NCBI GenBank assembly: GCA_963712745.1
Contig: CAVQJC010000012.1
Span: 1-64,000, forward strand
Direction: 5' to 3'
Source of the DNA: an uncultured Chloroflexia bacterium
GTDB taxonomy: Bacteria > Chloroflexota > Limnocylindria > Limnocylindrales > CSP1-4
Length of the DNA: 64,000 nt
In this document: positions 58,028 through 64,000 of the stretch, piece by piece
Layout: the number at the start of each line of letters is the position of its first letter
Position numbering within the stretch: the first letter of the stretch is position 1
Translations under genes and position numbers: made by a program
The notes under the pieces: model-generated
The model's input: the letters and a program-made list of their open reading frames with translations, nothing else
The model's database searches: none
What the model was told of the DNA's origin: nothing

Positions 58028-59602
58028 TCAACCGGGCGCCACTCCTGCCGGTGGCGGGGTGGCCGGATCGGCGGCGCGGACGAGGTCGGCGGGCTCGAGC
58101 CGGCGCCAGTCGGCCGTGGCCGTGATGGCTTCCCAGGCCCGCCCCAGCTGCAGCAGGCGAGCCTCGTCCCAGGCCTTGCCGATCAGCTGCAGCCCGACGG
58201 GCAGGCCTCCAGACAGGCCGGCAGGCACGGACAGGCCGGGCAGGCCGGCCACGCTCACCGGCAGCGTGCAGGCGTCGACGAGGTACATCGCCACCGGGTC
58301 GTCGAGCCGTTCACCAAGCGGGAACGCGACGGTGGGGCTGACGGGCGCCACCAGCGCATCGACCGAGGCGAAGGCGGCGTCGAAGTCAGACTTGATGAGG
58401 GTGCGCACCTTCTGAGCCTTGATGTAGTAGGCATCGCGATAGCCGGCGGAAAGCGCGTACGTCCCCAGCATCAGGCGGCGCTTGACCTCCGCACCGAAGC
58501 CCCGATCGCGGGTGGCCTTGTAGTTGGCGATGACGTCGCCGTCGCGCACGGCCAGCCCGTAGCGGATGCCGTCGTAGCGGGCCAGATTGGCCGAAGCCTC
58601 CGCGGGAGCCACGATGTAGTAGGTGGCCAGACCGTAGTCAGTGTGCGGCATGTCGACCTCAACCACCGACGCCCCCGCCGCTTCAAGAGCGGCTACGGCT
58701 TCGCGGACACGCGCCTCGACGCCCGGCTCCATGCCCTCGACGAAGTACTGGCGCGGCAGACCCAGCCTGATGCCGTGCAAGGACGCGGCGGCCTCGTCGT
58801 CGTCGGCCGACAGAGCCGCGGCGAAGTCGGGCACCTCCATGGGGGCCGAGGTGGAGTCCCGCTCGTCGTGGCCCGCGACCGTGCCCAGAAGCAGAGCCGC
58901 ATCGCGTACGTCGCGGGCGAACGGTCCTACCTGGTCGAGGGAGGAAGCGAAGGCGATGATGCCGTAGCGGCTGACCCGACCATAGGTGGGCTTGATGCCG
59001 ACCGTGCCGGTGAGCGAGGCTGGCTGGCGGATGGAGCCGCCGGTATCGGTGCCGATAGCGAGCGGGACGTGGTACGCGGCCACGGCCGCTGCGGAGCCGC
59101 CGGACGATCCGCCGGGCACTCGGGAGAGGTCCCACGGGTTGGCGGTCGGGCCGAAACCCGAGTGTTCGGTCGACGAGCCCATGGCGAACTCGTCCATGTT
59201 GGTCTTGCCCACGATGACCGCCCCGGCGGCGTCGAGCTGCTCGACGATATGCGCGTCGTAGGGCGAGATGAAGCCCTCGAGGATGCGGCTGCCGGCGGTG
59301 GCCTGCCGACCCCTGGCGATGACGAGGTCCTTGAGCCCGACCGGGATGCCCAGCAGGGGCGGCAACGCGGCCGATGCGCCCTGCCCTCCCCTACGAGCGG
59401 CGAGGAAACGGGCATCGGCGGCCGCAGCTGCAGTCCGCGCCCCCTCGGCGTCGACGGCCAGCCAGGCATGGATGGCAGTGTCCGTGGCCTCGATGGCGGC
59501 GAGGTGGGCCTCGGTCAGTTCGACGCTGCTGAGCTCACCTGCACGCAGGTGGGCCGCCATCTGATGGGCGTGGAGGCGCGTGAGCGCCGGTTCGGCGGCC
59601 AA
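58028..59602 (-). CDS. gatA: Asp/Glu-tRNA amidotransferase subunit A
   Basis: GKTNMDEFAMGSSTE, PGGSSGGS, GTDTGGSIRQPA, EVKRRLMLGTYALSAGY. Confidence 0.98.
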   Translation of the reverse strand: MAAEPALTRLHAHQMAAHLRAGELSSVELTEAHLAAIEATDTAIHAWLAVDAEGARTAAAAADARFLAARRGGQGASAALPPLLGIPVGLKDLVIARGRQATAGSRILEGFISPYDAHIVEQLDAAGAVIVGKTNMDEFAMGSSTEHSGFGPTANPWDLSRVPGGSSGGSAAAVAAYHVPLAIGTDTGGSIRQPASLTGTVGIKPTYGRVSRYGIIAFASSLDQVGPFARDVRDAALLLGTVAGHDERDSTSAPMEVPDFAAALSADDDEAAASLHGIRLGLPRQYFVEGMEPGVEARVREAVAALEAAGASVVEVDMPHTDYGLATYYIVAPAEASANLARYDGIRYGLAVRDGDVIANYKATRDRGFGAEVKRRLMLGTYALSAGYRDAYYIKAQKVRTLIKSDFDAAFASVDALVAPVSPTVAFPLGERLDDPVAMYLVDACTLPVSVAGLPGLSVPAGLSGGLPVGLQLIGKAWDEARLLQLGRAWEAITATADWRRLEPADLVRAADPATPPPAGVAPG

Positions 59603-59604
59603 GC

Positions 59605-59910
59605 TCAGTCGTCGCTCTCGTCGCCCAGGACGGCCGGCACGACGAAGTGCGAGCCCAGGCGCTCTGGTGCGTCGGCCAGGGCCGTCTCCAGGTCGAGGCC
59701 GGGTCGCACGACGTCCTCACGCAGGACGCTCTCCAGCTCGATGACGCGAGCGGTCGGTGCGATGGCGTCCGTGTCGAGCTCGCTGAGCACGGCGAACTGC
59801 TCGAGGATGTGGTTGAGCTGGCCTTCGAGCTCGGTCACTTCCTGCTCGGTCAGGCCGAGGCGTGCGAGGTGGGCGACGTGCACGACGTCGCTACGTGAGA
59901 GTGTGGCCAC
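59605..59910 (-). CDS. gatC: Asp/Glu-tRNA amidotransferase subunit C
   Basis: VVHVAHLARL, LREDVV, HFVVPAVL; sits directly upstream of gatA. Confidence 0.95.
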   Translation of the reverse strand: MATLSRSDVVHVAHLARLGLTEQEVTELEGQLNHILEQFAVLSELDTDAIAPTARVIELESVLREDVVRPGLDLETALADAPERLGSHFVVPAVLGDESDD

Positions 59911-59938
59911 GGAGCAAGGATACCGATGCCGGCGTGAG

Positions 59939-63615
<3,677 letters not shown>

Positions 63616-63635
63616 GGGGTGCGGGTCAGCCCCGG

Positions 63636-64000
63636 TCAGCCCCGGGTCAGGCTGCGGCGCAGACCCCAGGTGCCGATACCCACCATCAGGGCCGCATAGA
63701 GCGCCAGCACCGCCAGCTGAGTCACGATGTCCGTCACCGTGGCCTTGTAGAAGACCAGCTCGCGGAAGCTGTCGATGGCCCAGAAGTGGGGCGTCAGCAT
63801 GGAGATGGTCGAGATCGGTTCGTCGAACAGCTCGCCAGGCACCATGGCTCCGCCGAGCGCGGCCAGGATCATGCCCCCGACCACGCCCACGGCGCCGGCC
63901 TGGTCGGGGTTGCGGGCGAGGACGCCGACGACCATGGCAGCGCCGGTGCCTACGAGGGCGAAGAGGACGATGACCAGCAGTGCGGCAGGCAGATCGCCCC
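63636..64000 (-). CDS. ABC-2 type permease, 3' part (runs off the window)
   Basis: LGGAMVP, LTPHFWAIDSF, C-terminal TM. Confidence 0.8.
   Translation of the reverse strand, partial: GDLPAALLVIVLFALVGTGAAMVVGVLARNPDQAGAVGVVGGMILAALGGAMVPGELFDEPISTISMLTPHFWAIDSFRELVFYKATVTDIVTQLAVLALYAALMVGIGTWGLRRSLTRG

Overview
The window has two very different halves. Positions ~1-19,600 are accessory, mobile-looking DNA with many apparent indel frameshifts. They hold the 3' end of an Rhs toxin gene, a tRNA-Gly(CCC) 3' fragment next to a tyrosine integrase, and a satellite/ICE-like excisionase-primase/DUF3987 module. They also hold the most striking locus: an ECF-sigma-like gene, then four tandem paralogous ~116-144 aa beta-rich proteins (shared IHVHCQT and LSVWL motifs), then a Cys-rich effector-like gene and a lipoprotein. 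After that comes a decayed copy of the last paralog's 3' end, which introduces a second, different effector-like gene. A divergent version of the same layout sits at 3.1-5.4 kb. I read this as a candidate undescribed polymorphic toxin/cassette system (inference). Positions ~19,640-64,000 are mostly chromosomal housekeeping and envelope genes (dnaE, gatCAB, ligA, nucleoside-type ABC transporter, P-type ATPase, GH25, HD-GYP regulator), Chloroflexota-like by my impression only. Three oddities stand out there: a secreted peptide precursor with four xx[HY]TWDGR repeats; a sortase-like protein with Ser in place of the catalytic Cys, facing a 2422 aa adhesin with a PPTD-type C-terminal anchor; and an HTH/PD-(D/E)XK nuclease gene bracketed by tandem-repeat arrays inside the gat cluster. 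All calls come from motif recognition by eye; no searches were run.
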